A DNA stretch of 64,000 bases from the human T2T-CHM13v2.0 reference genome, Homo sapiens. The notes beneath the pieces are model-generated. The model searched no databases and had not been told where the DNA came from. It worked only from the letters and a program-made list of their open reading frames with translations. Within the stretch, counting starts at the first letter, position 1, and each line of letters begins with the position of its first letter. Below are positions 27,821-44,824 of the stretch, piece by piece. The translations under genes and the position numbers were made by a program. The stretch lies in the NCBI RefSeq assembly GCF_009914755.1, contig NC_060927.1; one strand, written 5' to 3'.

Positions 27821-28192
27821 CCTTGCTCACTGCAATCTGTGCTATACTTTGTGACATTGTGGTTGATGAAGAGACAGCCGTGATTTTTCCATGAGACCAA
27901 CCCTTTGGCACCCATTATAGTGGCCTCTGTCCTTCAAAACATGGTGACTCAACAATTAAGGCTGACATTATTAATGAAAAGTGAAATGAAAGCTTTACGT
28001 TCACCATGGATGAAACATTTTGCAGCAAAGATATTAAGGAAAATCGTGTTTTTTGTGAGATTTTCCTCTGCCTCATGGCTTGATTCTCTGGGCCTCTAAC
28101 CATGGGCCTGGCTTCCAGACAGAATTGGGAACTGTGTGGAGGAGATCTGTGGGGGCACTGAGGATGCACGGCTTGGGGTCTTTGTAAGATCA

Positions 28193-28721
28193 TGCATTAG
28201 TCAGCTGGGGCTGACATAGCAAAATACCACGGGCTTAAACCACAGAAATTTATTTCTGACAGTTCTGGAGGCTAGAAGTTCAAGATCGCAGCACAGAGGG
28301 CACTCTTCCTGGCTTGCAAATGACTACCTTCCCGTTGGGTCCTCACATGCCTTTCCTCAGTGCATGCTCATAAAGACAGCAAGAGAGAAAAGACCCAAGC
28401 TCTCTGGTGCCTTTTTTTTTTTTTTTTTTTTTTTTTTCATTTGAGACGGGCCTCACTATACCAATATTGCCTTGGCTAGCCTCAATGTCTTAGGCTTAAA
28501 TGATCTTCCTGCCTCAGTCTCCTGAGTAGCTAGGACTATAGGCATGAGCCACTGCACCTGCCTCTGGTGTCTCTTCTTATAAGCACACCACTCTTATTGG
28601 ACTAGGGACCATTCGTATGACCTCATTTAACTTTAATTACCTCCTAAGGCCCTAAATACAACTATAGCCACATTAGGCGACCATATGAATTCTGGGGAAA
28701 CACAAACATTCAGTCCATAAC
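28193..28721 (-). mobile_element. MaLR LTR (MLT1A-like) interrupted by an antisense FLAM/Alu monomer (28411-28562)
   Basis: agaaatttatttctgacagttctggaggctagaagttcaagatc...cattcagtccataac. Monomer flanked by ctctggtg duplication. Confidence 0.8.
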
Positions 28722-29398
28722 TGATCACAAGCAGCTGGTTTTCCCCCAGGGACACAGGATGGAGTTGCTCTCTGGTAAGTTCCTGGTTCTGTAAGTGTGA
28801 CTGCTATAATCTGTGTGTTTCTCCACACAGTCTGGTGACATAGCAGGTGGGATGGAATCAGCTTTATACAAAATGTTCAAAGAAGCACATTTTAAATTCT
28901 GTTTTTATAACAATCATTTTAATATGATCACAAAAGGATGACTGTGTTCATGGTAGCAAATCTATAAGACACAGAAATGCACATGGAAAAAATAAAGATC
29001 ACCTATAATCTTTTCTCCCAAAGGTAACCGTTTTGATATAATCCAGGCTTTTTCTAATGAATGAATATACTATCTTCTTTTTCTTCCTTAACACAGTACA
29101 AGCAACTGATTTTTTGACGGGAATTAAATGGCAGATGCTCCATCCTGCCACAGAGCTGCTCATCATATGAATGGGTATATGCATTTCTCTGTTTTAGGCA
29201 TAACTTCAGCTGCCTGAGCATAAAATGGCCAAAGTGATCTATCCTGAGGATGGTATTTGATTTGAACTGTGATTTATTTTCTATTTCTTATTCCCATTCT
29301 TCCCTTCCTATGTCCAGGAGTTGGGAACACCAAGGCAAAGTTTCAATAATAAGAAGATCATTGGGAAGAAACATTCAAGTGTGTTGATTGTCCCCACT

Positions 29399-30305
29399 TG
29401 TTAACTTAAGAAAAAACATAATTTATAAATTTAGAAGAGAAGAGGCTTTAATTCTTATAAAAGGTTACAGCCTGCAAGGTGGTTGTCCCACAGGCTGGGA
29501 AGCCTGCCTCTAGCCAAGACCAGAGACAGGCGTTTGGAAGGAGGAGGGGTTGGGGTAGGAGTTTTATGCTGAAAAGGTTGGCTAAACATACATGTTCAAC
29601 AAGTTACAGGAGGAGCTGAGTATTCAAGAAAGTGGTCCTGACACAGGCATGTTAGATAAACATACATGTAACTTATGACCGATGTTCATTTTGAAATGAA
29701 TAGATGAAATGTATTATACCTAGCCCCTATGTCAAAAGATCTTTTCAGGACATGAAGGTACACAGGTGTGCAGTCTCTGTAAACCAGCAAGAACCAGTCC
29801 ATGGCTGGTGGTCTTCTCATCAGGAGAAAGTTACTGAATTCAGCCTCTTGTCCAGTCAAAGCTGTTTCTGGTCGGTGGAACAGGGGTTCAGTGAATCAGC
29901 ATCTGTGAGCTGGATGAGTTGTAATTGTTTTAATACTGTTTATCTGGAGGCCAGTGCTTGTTTAGCTGCTGGAGAAAAAGAGAAACCTTGTGGCAGTTAG
30001 AACATAGTTGATTCTTTAAGTGCAGGAGTGTGTGACTTAACCCTTTGCCTGGTATGGTCTTAGGTCCTGTTTATAATTTGGTATCTTATTGCCATGAAAA
30101 GTCTCCTCTGTCAGTCTTATGATCCCTATTTTAACATTAATGCTGGTCAGTTGTGTCTAAACTCTAAAAGGAGGAGGTATAACCAGGCATGTCTGACTTT
30201 CCATCCCGTCATGGCTGGGAATACAGTTTTAAGGTATTTCTGGGGTTCCCTTTGCCAAGAGAGAGTCCATTCAGCCCGTAGGAGCTTAGGATTTTAAAGT
30301 TTACA
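29399..30305 (-). mobile_element. ERV1 solo LTR, MER4 family (MER4D-like)
   Basis: Reverse strand begins tgtaaac..aaaatcctaagc..gacacaactgaccagcattaatgttaaaatag..caataagataccaaattataaacaggacctaag. Confidence 0.75.
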
Positions 30306-30807
30306 CATCCTTGGAACATTCATGAGATCCAACTGCAGTTCTCCCTGTGTTTACTAGGTGGCGGTATAACCCTTTCACGGAGGTCCTCTGACTCTCAACA
30401 TAAACCTTACACTCCATAAATTCCGAGGTAGCAACAATATAGCCAAGGGCAGAAACAACTGTCTATTGTTTCAATATTCATACCCACTCTTACTGTATAC
30501 ACAGTTTATAAAGCACTTTCCCATGTTATGTCATGTATTTGCCCAGCCCCACCACTAAATCTGGGATGTTGGCATTGTTCATCCCCTTTTTGGGATAAAC
30601 TATCTTACAGAAGTGATGTGGCTTGGCTCAGACCCGTAACAGAAACTGGCCTTGAACTCCTTTTTATCCCGAGACCAGGGCTCCTTGAGCTATACTGCAT
30701 TTGTTCCAAACCGTTAGCTGCCACCAAAGAATTCTGAAAGTCAGAGCCACAGGGGTGGGAGGATGGGCTTGATTTCTGCCTCAGATTCCCTGCTCTTCCA
30801 TCTGCTG

Positions 30808-30854
30808 CCCCCACCCCCACCCCCACCCCACCCCACCCTACCCCACCCCACCCC
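30808..30854. repeat. (CACCC)n simple repeat
   Basis: About 9 consecutive C-runs. Confidence 0.95.
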
Positions 30855-33497
30855 TGTGGTTCTGGCCTGGGTGGAAGTAGGAGTGGACTGAAAGAGAAGT
30901 TGAACTGCAGTGCAGGTCAGTTGTGATGGCAGCCTCAGCCAACCCCACAGGGATCTCTGGACCTAAGTGGGCTTGTGTGAGTTACCCCAGTGTGGGCTAA
31001 CTTGGCTGGGTCTGTATCCCCTGCCTCCATCACCCAGAAGGGCATACCTGTGGACGTGGCAGCTCTGAAACTGTGGCAGGCTCTAAAGTCGACCAGCTGA
31101 AGCCTTTCTGCTCACAGCACTCCTAGCAGGTGGGGCAACAAGTTCTTCCTTGAAGCAGGAACTGCAGAGCACAAACCACACTCATCATAGTTCCTTTACC
31201 TGGAATGTCTTTTTGCATTGTTTTCAAATTTCCCTAGCTTCCAAAATCCAACAGGACACAACGAAAATCATTTGTGCAAGTTCTCAGAGATCTAGCCTTT
31301 GCATTCATCTCTAGCCTCACCTATGGTGGCGGTTGTTCTGACCCTCCAACTTTTCATTTGAGCAATACCATTTCCTGGAAACGCCATATTCCATTCACCT
31401 ATGCTGTTGCCCTTGGTGATACTTTTGTGGGAAATGCCTTTATTTAATTTATTTACAAATATTTAATAGGCATCTATTATGTACCATATCCATTATCTGT
31501 GCCAAAACCCAGCTCAGCTCTCATTGCCTCTCAGGAAAACATCTCCCATTGCCCCCTTTCAAGAAAGAATTAATCAGTAGCTCCTATAGGCTGCCTTGTA
31601 TACCCTTATCTTTTTGCCCTTTTCCCTCCATTTTACACCATTTGCCAATTAGTCTCCTTATTAGGCCATGAGCCTCTTCATCTTGGAATCCCCTCCCCAG
31701 GACAGGGCCTGACACTTCTCCCTTTAGTTCTGATATTTAAACTCCCTGCCAGTTTTCAGACGGTTAGAAATGCCCCACAGCCACCCCAACAGTTGGTTGC
31801 CTTCTATATCTCTTGCTCTAGAACAACTTTTTGCTTAGTAATTCTGCATTTATTTTTGTTCTGCATTTGTTTCAGACACCAGGGCATCTGCCTCCATCAG
31901 TCAATTGTAAAAAGGTTCATGTGTTTTTAAATTCCTCCTTGGATCTGTTATTTCATTAATTATAACCTTGCACTGCTTTGGGGATATTAATTTATCTGAT
32001 GAAAGAATTGAGACACAGAAAGTTCAAGTGGCATCAAATCTTACACCATGATTCAATTGGTAGCCTAAAATTAGAATTAAAATGTGTTTTGAACTGATTT
32101 GGCATCTGCTTGGTTCGCTCTGCAAAGTTTAAGGGTTTTAATCATTACGTGAATTGACTGCTTTGCACTTTTAAACATGTAGTGGATTTCACTGATCCTA
32201 GAAAAGTGGAGGGTTTGCGATTGGTAGGCTCAGAACTTGGTTCCCAGCCATGTATCAAAATGTATAAATGCATACAGGGATTTTCCCCAAGCTCTCCTGA
32301 GTGGAGATCATGCTGACTGTGTACTATTTATGGTTCTTCCTTTAATTTCTGACCTCTTGTGATCTCATGGTGGATTCTTCGTTTAACTTTTGAATAATCT
32401 CAAAGGTATATTTGTAATACAGCTGGAGAGTCAATGTTGGGATTACGGTGTTATGGGAAATACCAAGACTGGGGCATGTGAATTCAGCATCTGGTTCCCT
32501 CCGCAGCTTTCCTGGTGACTTCATAGAAGATACTCTATTTTTCTGGGCTTTGGTCTTTTCTGTCTGAGGAGACTGGAGAGGAGAGAAACATTACTTGCCC
32601 CTTTATCGTCTCTCTAAGTTCTGCAAACAAAAGCATTCCTTCTTTAGCTAATCTCTTAGGAAGCTAAAAGATGCAAGCCCAGCAGAGGACAGGAGAACCA
32701 CCCAGCTGAACCCAACCCAAATTTATGACCCACAGAATACTGAGCTAAATAAATGGCTGTTGTTTTAAAACACTAAGTTTTGGGGTAATTATTAATTTCA
32801 AAAAGTTGTGACTGGGCTTGCTCATGTGTCTAGTCAGCTACCAGTCTGTTGGTCAGTTGGCTGGCCTAGGATCAATTCCTAATGATAAAAAAAAATAAAA
32901 ATTGTATATATGTATTCATGTAATAATATAGCCTCAAAATACTTAAAACACCAATGAAATTAGATTAGAAAAAGCATTTAGAAGCAGAATAATTGGAAAG
33001 GAAGACATAATATAGTTTCTATTCATACACAATATGAATACATATCTAGAAAAGTAAAACATTCTAAGAGAACAGCAATGTTACAGAAAGAGTCTTCTCC
33101 ATCAGCCTAGAGCCTGCGGTGATCATTCAACAGCTGACCATGATGGACACAAAATATGATTGAGAAAGAAACCTTTGTTTTTGTAATCCACCAAAATTAG
33201 GGGGTTGTTACTGAAGCATTTCCAGGCCTGTCCCCAGAGATACAGGTATAGAGAAATGGGAACTCTCAAACATGGCTTTTGGAAGCAAATATTATAAAAT
33301 GTTTTGGCGTTTTCTAGTAAAATTAAAAATTTAAATACTATGAACCAGCAATTTTACTTGTAAGCATATTCCCTGAAAACTCATTTGCTTGATGACCAAG
33401 ATAAAACCACATTCATGAATGATGTTCACAGCAGCATTTTTAAAAAAAAAACCCAAGTTGTAAACAACCCACGTGTTCATTAAGAGTGAAATATGTA

Positions 33498-33894
<397 letters not shown>

Positions 33895-35089
33895 CTAAAT
33901 CTTAAAAGCATATATTTGAGAAAGACACAGAAGTATGCATACAGTAGGATTTCATTTATCTAAGCTCCAAAATAAGGCAAAATTAAAATTATATTGTTAT
34001 CCTTTATGTGGTAAAACTAGAAAAAAAAATCCAAATATGTGGTCACAGTTGAAGTGAGGACAGAAACATGGTAGACGCCGTGATGTGTTGCCTACATCCC
34101 GCTTCAGGAATGAAGAATTTGTTCTTCAGCTGCTGTGAGTGCTGCTGGAAGGTGACTCTCAGAGGTCAGCCCTCATTGAGGATTTCCTCAGAGGAAGAGA
34201 AATTTACCTTCCATGGGCAGATGCATCCAGTGACTGGTCAACACTGAGTTATAAAATCCCAGCCCAACAACTTGGGATAACTCTGCAGGCCATCCCACAG
34301 CTGCTTATGGGGTTGACTGAGGCCTTCCACTGGACTGTACCACAGCCCAACTTCTCTCGCTGCCTAATTTTGCTCTTTTCTTCATTCCACAGGTGTTGAT
34401 TTTAAAGACACTCCCATATAAATGTCCTACATGCTCGTCTCTGTTTCAGAGACTGTTTTCTGGGGACTCCAGTCTGTAATCCTCTTGTGGAGGGAGGTGG
34501 CTAGGACCAGGAAGGAAAACACGAATGATAAGAATGTTCTATTCTTCTGTCGAAGTTGTATTTTCACAGGAGTTCACTTTGTATGTATTAATTAACGTGT
34601 ATATTTATATTTTATGCTGTTGATTTATGTTTCATGCATCATAGTAATCCAGAAATTCCTCAGAAACACAAATCCAGGACAAGTGAGCTGATGTCACCCT
34701 CGTATTACCCCTGATTCAGGAAAATAAAACATATTCTTTTAAGATATGTGTCAGCCTGAGTGAATCTCCTTTTTTTGGAAGGGGCAGGGGGCTCTTCATT
34801 ATGCATCTATGAGTGGACACATTTTAAAAGCATATTTTTTCATTATTCAGAATGTAGCAATTTTGTCAGAATTCCTTCTGTCAGGAAAAGAAAATTCCAG
34901 ACTGGTTCCTGGTCTTGCCTTCTTAATCATTTTCCTCAGGGAAAACTGAAAAGTGCTCTCAGAATGTTGGTCTCATTTTAATCCCGTGGTCCTTTGGACA
35001 TAATTTTGTTTTGATTCAAAACTGTACAGGGGCTTAAAGAGAAACTTATAAGTGTAGATGTAAGAAGTGATATATAGCTATTCTGTCAA

Positions 35090-37240
<2,151 letters not shown>

Positions 37241-37540
37241 CTGTTTTTATTATAGTTCTTTTATTATGAGTATTGTAATCAACTTTTTAGCTTTGGGGGG
37301 TGTTATTTTGGCTTCTTTTTCTATAAACTTTATATTTATATCTTTTAAGTCAAATTTTCTACTGAGTTGGTTATCTTTTTCTTACTGATTTTAGGATCTC
37401 TTTGCAAATAAAGAAAATTATCTGTCATATGTGCTACTGATATTTTTTACAGTTTGTCATTAGTATTTAGACATGGTTTAACATATGTGTATATTATATA
37501 AAATATATACTGTAGTACTCTATATACATATAGTACTCTG

Positions 37541-37585
<45 letters not shown>
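37541..37585. repeat. Compound microsatellite (TC)n(TA)n
   Basis: tctctc...tatata directly visible. Confidence 0.95.
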
Positions 37586-40529
37586 CTTTAAAGTAATAAA
37601 ATTACATGAATTATATTTGCAACTATCACTTGCCTTAACAGCAAGAGCGCCCTCCGATCCACATTCTATTCCAGGAATCTTCAAAGTTGGCTGTGGGAGG
37701 AGGATCTTTCGGCTGATGGGATGGCTGACAAACAGAACAAACTCTGTTTCTCGGGCTTTGTCTTCCTTTCTTACTGACTCTTTTACTCACTGCCACCACC
37801 TTGTCTCCTTGGGTTTTAACCATCCCAACCCTACTCCACTATAAAGTTTAGAAAGCTGAAAGCTGAATTTCCCAGACTCCCTTGTAGCTACGGGGGCCTT
37901 GTGACTGAGTTATGGCTAATGAAAAGCAGGTGGGAGACTGCTGGTGCTGTATTTCCATTTTCTTGCCTGTTTTTTAACCTACAATATAGACACGAGCCTG
38001 GAGATCCAGGAAGCTTCACTAAGGATGGCAGAAAGATGGAAAGAGTCTAGAGTCTTGAGGGCATAGACTTTCAATCTACCTGCCTTGGTCTGCCTGTCCC
38101 AGACTTCTTGTCATGTAAGACAAATTACTTGTTTGGGCCATTGTTTATCAAGTTTTCTGGAAACAGCAACCCAACAGTACCCTAACTGATACGTAGGCAT
38201 TCAAAGCTCCTCCTTTAAATCCCTTGCTCAATTGTAGAAAGGCCCTTCCTCCCCTGTGCTTTAGTCAAGATTCTTTTGGAAGTGACAGAAGTGAAACTCA
38301 AAACAGTTAGGGCAATAAAAATTTGTTGGCTCGTGCATCCTTCTTAGGAAATGTATACAGTTGTGCTTCTGGAACGAGAAACTCAAATACTGACTAAACT
38401 CTATATTTCTATGTTTAATTCTCTTTCTCTCTGTGGGTCAGTTTCAGTTTTTCAGCCCAGATGTTTCTAGGAGTCTTGAACCACCATCGTGACAGTTCCT
38501 TGGCCACTTCTACCCAGCTAAGCCACCAGAAAATAAGGATCAGAGGGCTGGGGACTTTCTCACTCTCAGGTCCCCTCCACCTGGTGGATGACATCCAAAA
38601 TCTGCCACTAAGAAATCTCTTCTTTGACACTTTGAACAATCAAAATTAGAGTCTCCCCTGGATGCTACCTTGGTAATCCCCTCTCAGTCCTGATTTTCTG
38701 TCAGAAAGACTTCCACTCTTCAGTTACACCTATAAGAGTGTAGCTTTTATCTTCAAATATTATGAGCACATGTTAGAAATATATAAGTATTCCTACAAAT
38801 GTAACTATATATTTAGGTATGAGGAAAAGAGAAGAGGAGTTTATTTTCTCATGGGTGTCACCCCCACCGCCCCTGTTCCAAATTATGTGAGAATGTACCT
38901 TTAAAAGGAAAACCACAAAACTCAAACCAATTGTCATAAATTAATTAAAGTTCAAGAGAACTCGCAAGAGTTATGTAAGTCATAATGTGATTGGATTCAG
39001 GTTAGGGAAAGAATGGTTGAATTTCAAGAACTTCTCGGATTTCTCCATCTTTCCTACATACAGAATGATGGCAAAGAAGGAAAACAGAAAGGAATGTTAC
39101 ACTACAAATCACCATAACTTATGAAATAAATACATTTATGCAAAAGGAGATGGTAGAGGCCTTCCAGTTAAGTATTGCAGAATCAAGATAAGCCAACTTC
39201 ATTCTCCCTTCTGAAACAACAAAAAGAGCAGAGACCACATGAGAAGAAAATCTCAACCCACAATCAATGAAGAATAGCTGCCAAATGCAGTGAAATTTAG
39301 ACCATTCTCTTTTAAATTGCAATTGTTTATCCTCTACCACTCCTGATTCCTCCTTTCTGCACTTCTCCCCAATATATTTATCAATTTTTATAATTTATGG
39401 TATTATTTTTTATAGTCTCTCCCCCTCTCCTTGCTCCCAACAAGGCAAATTCAGCAAGGGCAGAGATATTTTTTCTTTTGTTTATTGATGCATTTTGAAG
39501 GCTTAGAACAGTACCTGCAATGTGGTGTTCACTCAACACATATTTTTTGAATAAATGAAGTTACTTCTTCAGACTCCACCACTGCATAGAATTCTCCATG
39601 TGTAGGTGGTTAATGAGGGTACAAACAACCTCTGATCTTGGAACAGATGGCTTACTGGAATATCCCTGAGCCTCACTTAATATTAAAAAGCAGTAAGAAA
39701 GTTCAGATGTAAAGAGTAGCAGAGATGCCATCTCATGAGAGTCAAGCTGTGGTAGGGTAGAGGAGAAATGTTGTGGGGCAAGGTCATTTGAAGAGGATTA
39801 AGCACAAAGTCACTACATGAAGAATCTGGGATATTGGCCTCATGGAGTCCCATGTCTAACTCCAAAAGACAGAGCTTCAGAGTAGAAAGTTGGTGGGAGA
39901 ATATTTTGAGGCAATAGATCTAGACCCTATTTGCCAGCTGGGCCAGGTCACCTAGACTGATGTCTGTTACCATACACTATTCTTCAGCAAGCAGCTGACC
40001 AAGAAAAACTAGCTCCCATTAAAATATAAACAATAATTTAAAAATCCAGCCAGAAACTATGATAAAAATATTAAAAGATAAAAATGAAGAAACTCACTAT
40101 AACAAGAACACCAAAGTAATTATGTTACAAAGCATAAGAAAATATTGAACACTTTCCTTGAATTAAAATAAGATACATTAAAAGAAATATGTCTCTTTGC
40201 ACCAAGAGCTCAAAGAATACAGACAAGTGTACAAATAAAATAATAACAAAAAAATTCTAGAAAGGGATTTTTAAAATGAGCTGGAAGAGCCAGGAGAAAA
40301 AAAATTAGAGGAGAGACTGAAGCCATTATATAAAAGATAGCCACGCTAGAAATATCAATAAAAGGAGAAAAGGTAGTACCAAAAATACAGTTAGGAATAT
40401 TGAGGATAGGTTTCAGAAAAATGAGCAAAATAAAATGGAAAAGCAAAAGAGCATTTGAAAGGATTACAGAGAAAATAATAGAAAAATAAAAAGGATTTTA
40501 TTTATACCTTATTAGTATCCTTGAATAAG

Positions 40530-41105
40530 AGTAAAGAACAGAGAAAGTCAAATTGTCCTTCTTTGCAGATGAAATAATCTTATATACAGAAAAATTAAAG
40601 ATGCCACAAAAAGCCCTTAGGACTGATTAATGAATTCAGTAAAGTTGCAGGATACAAAATCACTAGCATTTCTATACACCAATAATGAACTAGCTGAAAA
40701 AGAAGTCAAGAAAGCAATTCCATTTACATACCTACAAAAAACCCGAAGTACCCAAGAATAAATTTAATCAATTTATTGATTAAAATAAATCAATTTTACA
40801 GCCGGTAATCCCAGCACTTTGGGAGGCCAAGTGGGGTGCATCATTAAGGTCAGGAGTTCGAGACCAGCCTGGCCAACATTGTGAAACCCCATCTCTACTA
40901 AAACTACAAAATTAGCCAAGCATGGTGGCGGCACTACTTGGGAGGCTAAGGCAGGAGAATTGCTTGACCCTGAGAGGCGGAGGTTGCAGTGAGCCGAGAT
41001 TGTGTCACTGAACTCCAGCCTGAGCAGCAGAGCGAGACTCGTTTATCCCCCACCCCCCAAAAAGGTGAAAGACCTCTACAATGAAAACTACAAAACACTA
41101 ATAAA
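40530..41105 (+). mobile_element. L1 ORF2 (RT region) fragment interrupted by a 5'-truncated Alu (40801-41063)
   Basis: gtcaaattgtccttctttgcagatga..ttcagtaaagttgcaggatacaaaatca, resuming at ggtgaaagacctctacaatgaaaactacaaaacac. Confidence 0.8.
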
Positions 41106-42631
41106 TGATGCTGGTTTCTTCTGGTTTTCAGTTTCTTTTTGGTTTTGTTTTGGGGATTCCCCTCACTTTCTTTAAACTCAGGTATAGAATTAAAAGACTG
41201 TTAGTGAATTTCACCCAATATTTCTAGATACTTTTTAGTGAGAGGTTTTTCCCTTCAGTATATCTAGCACGTAATATTGATAGAAATGGAAATCTGCCAC
41301 ATAGTATTTCTTTTCTCTGTTTAAAATTTAACTTTAATTTTTAATAAGGCTTTCCATGTACATAGATTAAAGAGTCAATTGATTCTACTAAGGTTACTAT
41401 AGAAGATAAAATTTTCTTGCCTCTTGCCTCCCCAGTTCATGCGCTCTAAAGACAACCACACTTAACTCTTTCGTTTTTGTATAATATTCTCATGCATCTC
41501 TTTCTTGCTTTTCTAGTTTTAGATATTCTCTATAGAATTTCTTTAAAGGCTGTCTTAACCACCTTTGCATTTCCCTTATCATCCTCCAAATAATTATATC
41601 TATTTAAACGAGATCAATGTTTACTGTCTATATTACTATGACTATGCAAATATTGTTCCTAACAGAGCCATGTTTTATACTTTGTGTGCAATTTATTGTT
41701 TTCTTAGGAGTATCGGTCACTTCTATTTCTTGTTTTGTTTGACTGTCATTTATACATGCATCAACATTTCATTGCCAAATTTTGTAGGAAGTGTAACTCT
41801 CCTTTCACTTTATTAAATACATGAGTTATTCTATCAGGTTTGTCTCTCTTCCATCTCTGCTGAAGCCTTTCTGCTCTACTCGGGACTGCTCTTGCTGTAT
41901 AGCTCTCTCCCTTCACCATCATACTGGGAATACTTTGGCTCTGTCTTATGTTGATGATCTGTTTTCTGGATTCCATGGCTTTCTATTTGTTAGTTTCTTC
42001 GTGTGTTTTAATGGAATACATGCTTCAGCAGATTTTTTGGGACTATATTAACATCTAATGGCTTTATTTATGTGTTACCTATTATAATAGCATTTCTATT
42101 TCCAGGAAGTGGTCTTATTTTCTTAATAATGGCTTTACTGAGACATAACTAACATGCCATATAATTCAGCTATTTAAAGTCTACAACTCAATAGTTTTCA
42201 GTACATTCACAGAGTTGTGCAACCATCACCACAATCAATTTTTCAACATTTAAATCACAATCACCCAACCAAAAAAATCTGTACCCATTAGCAGCCACTC
42301 ACCATTTCATTCCAACTTCCCCACGCTTCTACCTTGGGTAACCATAAATCTACTCTCTGACTTGATAGTATGTGTGGTGCTTTGTGAATGGTTTCTTTCA
42401 CTTAGAATAATGTTTTCAAGATTCATCTGATTAAAATACGTATCAGTATTTTATTACTTTTTACTGCTGAAGAATATTCCATTGAAAGAGCATTATATTT
42501 TGTCAGTTTCCCAGTTGATGGACATATGGATTATTTCCACTTCTTGGATATTATGAATAATGTTGTTATGAACATTCATGAAAAGGTTTTTGTGTGGGAC
42601 ATATGTTTATTTTTATTGGGTAGGTATCTAG

Positions 42632-42994
42632 TGCTATGGTCTGAATGTTTGTGTCCCTCTCAAATTCATATGTTGAAACCTAATCACCAATGTGATGGTA
42701 TTAGGAGGTGTGGACTTTGGGAGGTAATTGTCATGAGGGTAGAGCCCTCATGAATGGGATTAGAGCCCTAATACAAGAGGCACCAGACAGCTGCCTTGCC
42801 TCCTCCACCATTTGAGAATGTAGTAAGAAGGCTCCGCCTATGAATCAGAAAATGGTTCCTCACCAGACATCAAATCTGCTGACACATTGATCTTGGACTT
42901 CCCAGCCTTCAAAACTGTGGAAAATAAATTTCTGTTGTTTATAAGCCACCAAGTTTATGGTATTTTTTAAATAGCAGATCAAACAAATTGAGAC
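42632..42994 (+). mobile_element. MaLR solo LTR (MLT1A0-like)
   Basis: tgctatggtctgaatgtttgtgtccc...aataaatttctgttgtttataagccacc...gagaca. Confidence 0.85.
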
Positions 42995-43030
42995 ACTTAG
43001 GAATGAAATTGCTGGGTCATACAGAAACTC

Positions 43031-43404
43031 TGTCATGTACTAAGTTGTGTCCTCTTCAAATTTATATGTTGGAGTCCTACTCCCTTGCACCTTAGAATGT
43101 GACTGTATTTGGAGACAGGATCTTTAAAGAGGTAATTAAAATAAATGAAGCCCTTAGGATAGGTTCTAATCCAATATGACTGGTGCCCTTATAAGAAAGA
43201 AGATTAGAACACAGATAGATACAGAGAGAAGGCTATGTGTAGACATAGGGAGAAGACAGCCATCTGCAAGCCCAAGAGAGAGGTCTCAGAAGAAACCAAC
43301 CCTGCTGGCACCTTGATCTCAGACTTCTAGCCTCCAGAACTTGAGAGTTGTTTATGCCACTCAGTGTGTGGTGCTTTGTTATGGAAGACCTAGAAACTAA
43401 TACT
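43031..43404 (+). mobile_element. MaLR solo LTR (MLT1B-like)
   Basis: cttagaatgtgactgtatttggagacagg...gaaaccaaccctgctggcaccttgatctcagacttctagcctccagaac. Confidence 0.85.
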
Positions 43405-44510
43405 CTCCATCTAGGTTTAGCCTTTCGAGGAACTGCCAGACTATTTTCCAAAGCAGCTCTGTCCCAGGCAATCCCACTAGTAGTTTACAAGGGTTCAATA
43501 GCTTGTCATTATCTGACTTTTTGGCATCCTAGTGGGTGTAAAGTAGTATCTCATTGTGGTTTTAATGTGCATTTAGTTGATGGCTAATGACATCGATCAT
43601 TTTTTCATGTACTTACTGACCATTTGCCTATCTTCTTTGGAGAAATGTTTATTCAAATCCTTTGCCCATTTTTAATTGGGCTTTCTTTCCATGATTGAGT
43701 TATAAGAGTAAGAGGTGTTATATATTTTAGATACAAGTCCCTTATCATAAATACGATTTGCAAATATTTTCTCCTATTCTGTGGGTGTCTTTTCACTCTT
43801 CTGATGGTGTCTTTTGTGGCACAAAAGTTTTAAATTTTTATAAAGTCCAATTTTTCTAGTTTTTTCTTTTGCTTCTTGTACTTTTGGTGTTATGCCTAAG
43901 AAATCAGCCTATTCTAAGTTAATAAAAATCTAGACCTATATTAACTTCTAAGAATTTTATAATTTTTGCTCTTATGTCTATGACTTTGATCAATTTGAGT
44001 GTATTTTTGCATGTATTTAATAGTATGAGGTAGGGGTCCAATTTTACTATTTTGCATGTGGACATCCAGTTGTTTTACCACTATTTTCTGAAAAGACTAT
44101 CCTTTCACCACTGAATTGTCCTGGCATTTTTGTTAAAAATAAATTTACCATAAATGAGAGGGTTTATTTATGGACTCTCAATTCTATTCCATTGATATAT
44201 GTCTGTCTTGGTGCCAGTACCATACAGTCTCAATTACTGCCAGGTTAGAAATGAGGAAATGCAAGCCCTCCAACTTTGTTCTTTTTCAAAATTGTTTTTG
44301 CTATTCTAGGTCTCTTGAATTATCATATATATTTTAGGATCAGCTCATCAATTACTGCAGAGGGGCCAGCTAGAATTTTGATGAGGATTGTGCTGAAACT
44401 ATAGGTTAATTTGGGGAGTATTTCCATTTTAATAAAATTAGATCATCCAATTGATGAACATGGGACCTCTTCGTATTATGTATTGATAATATTCAGACAT
44501 ACAATTGATC

Positions 44511-44824
<314 letters not shown>

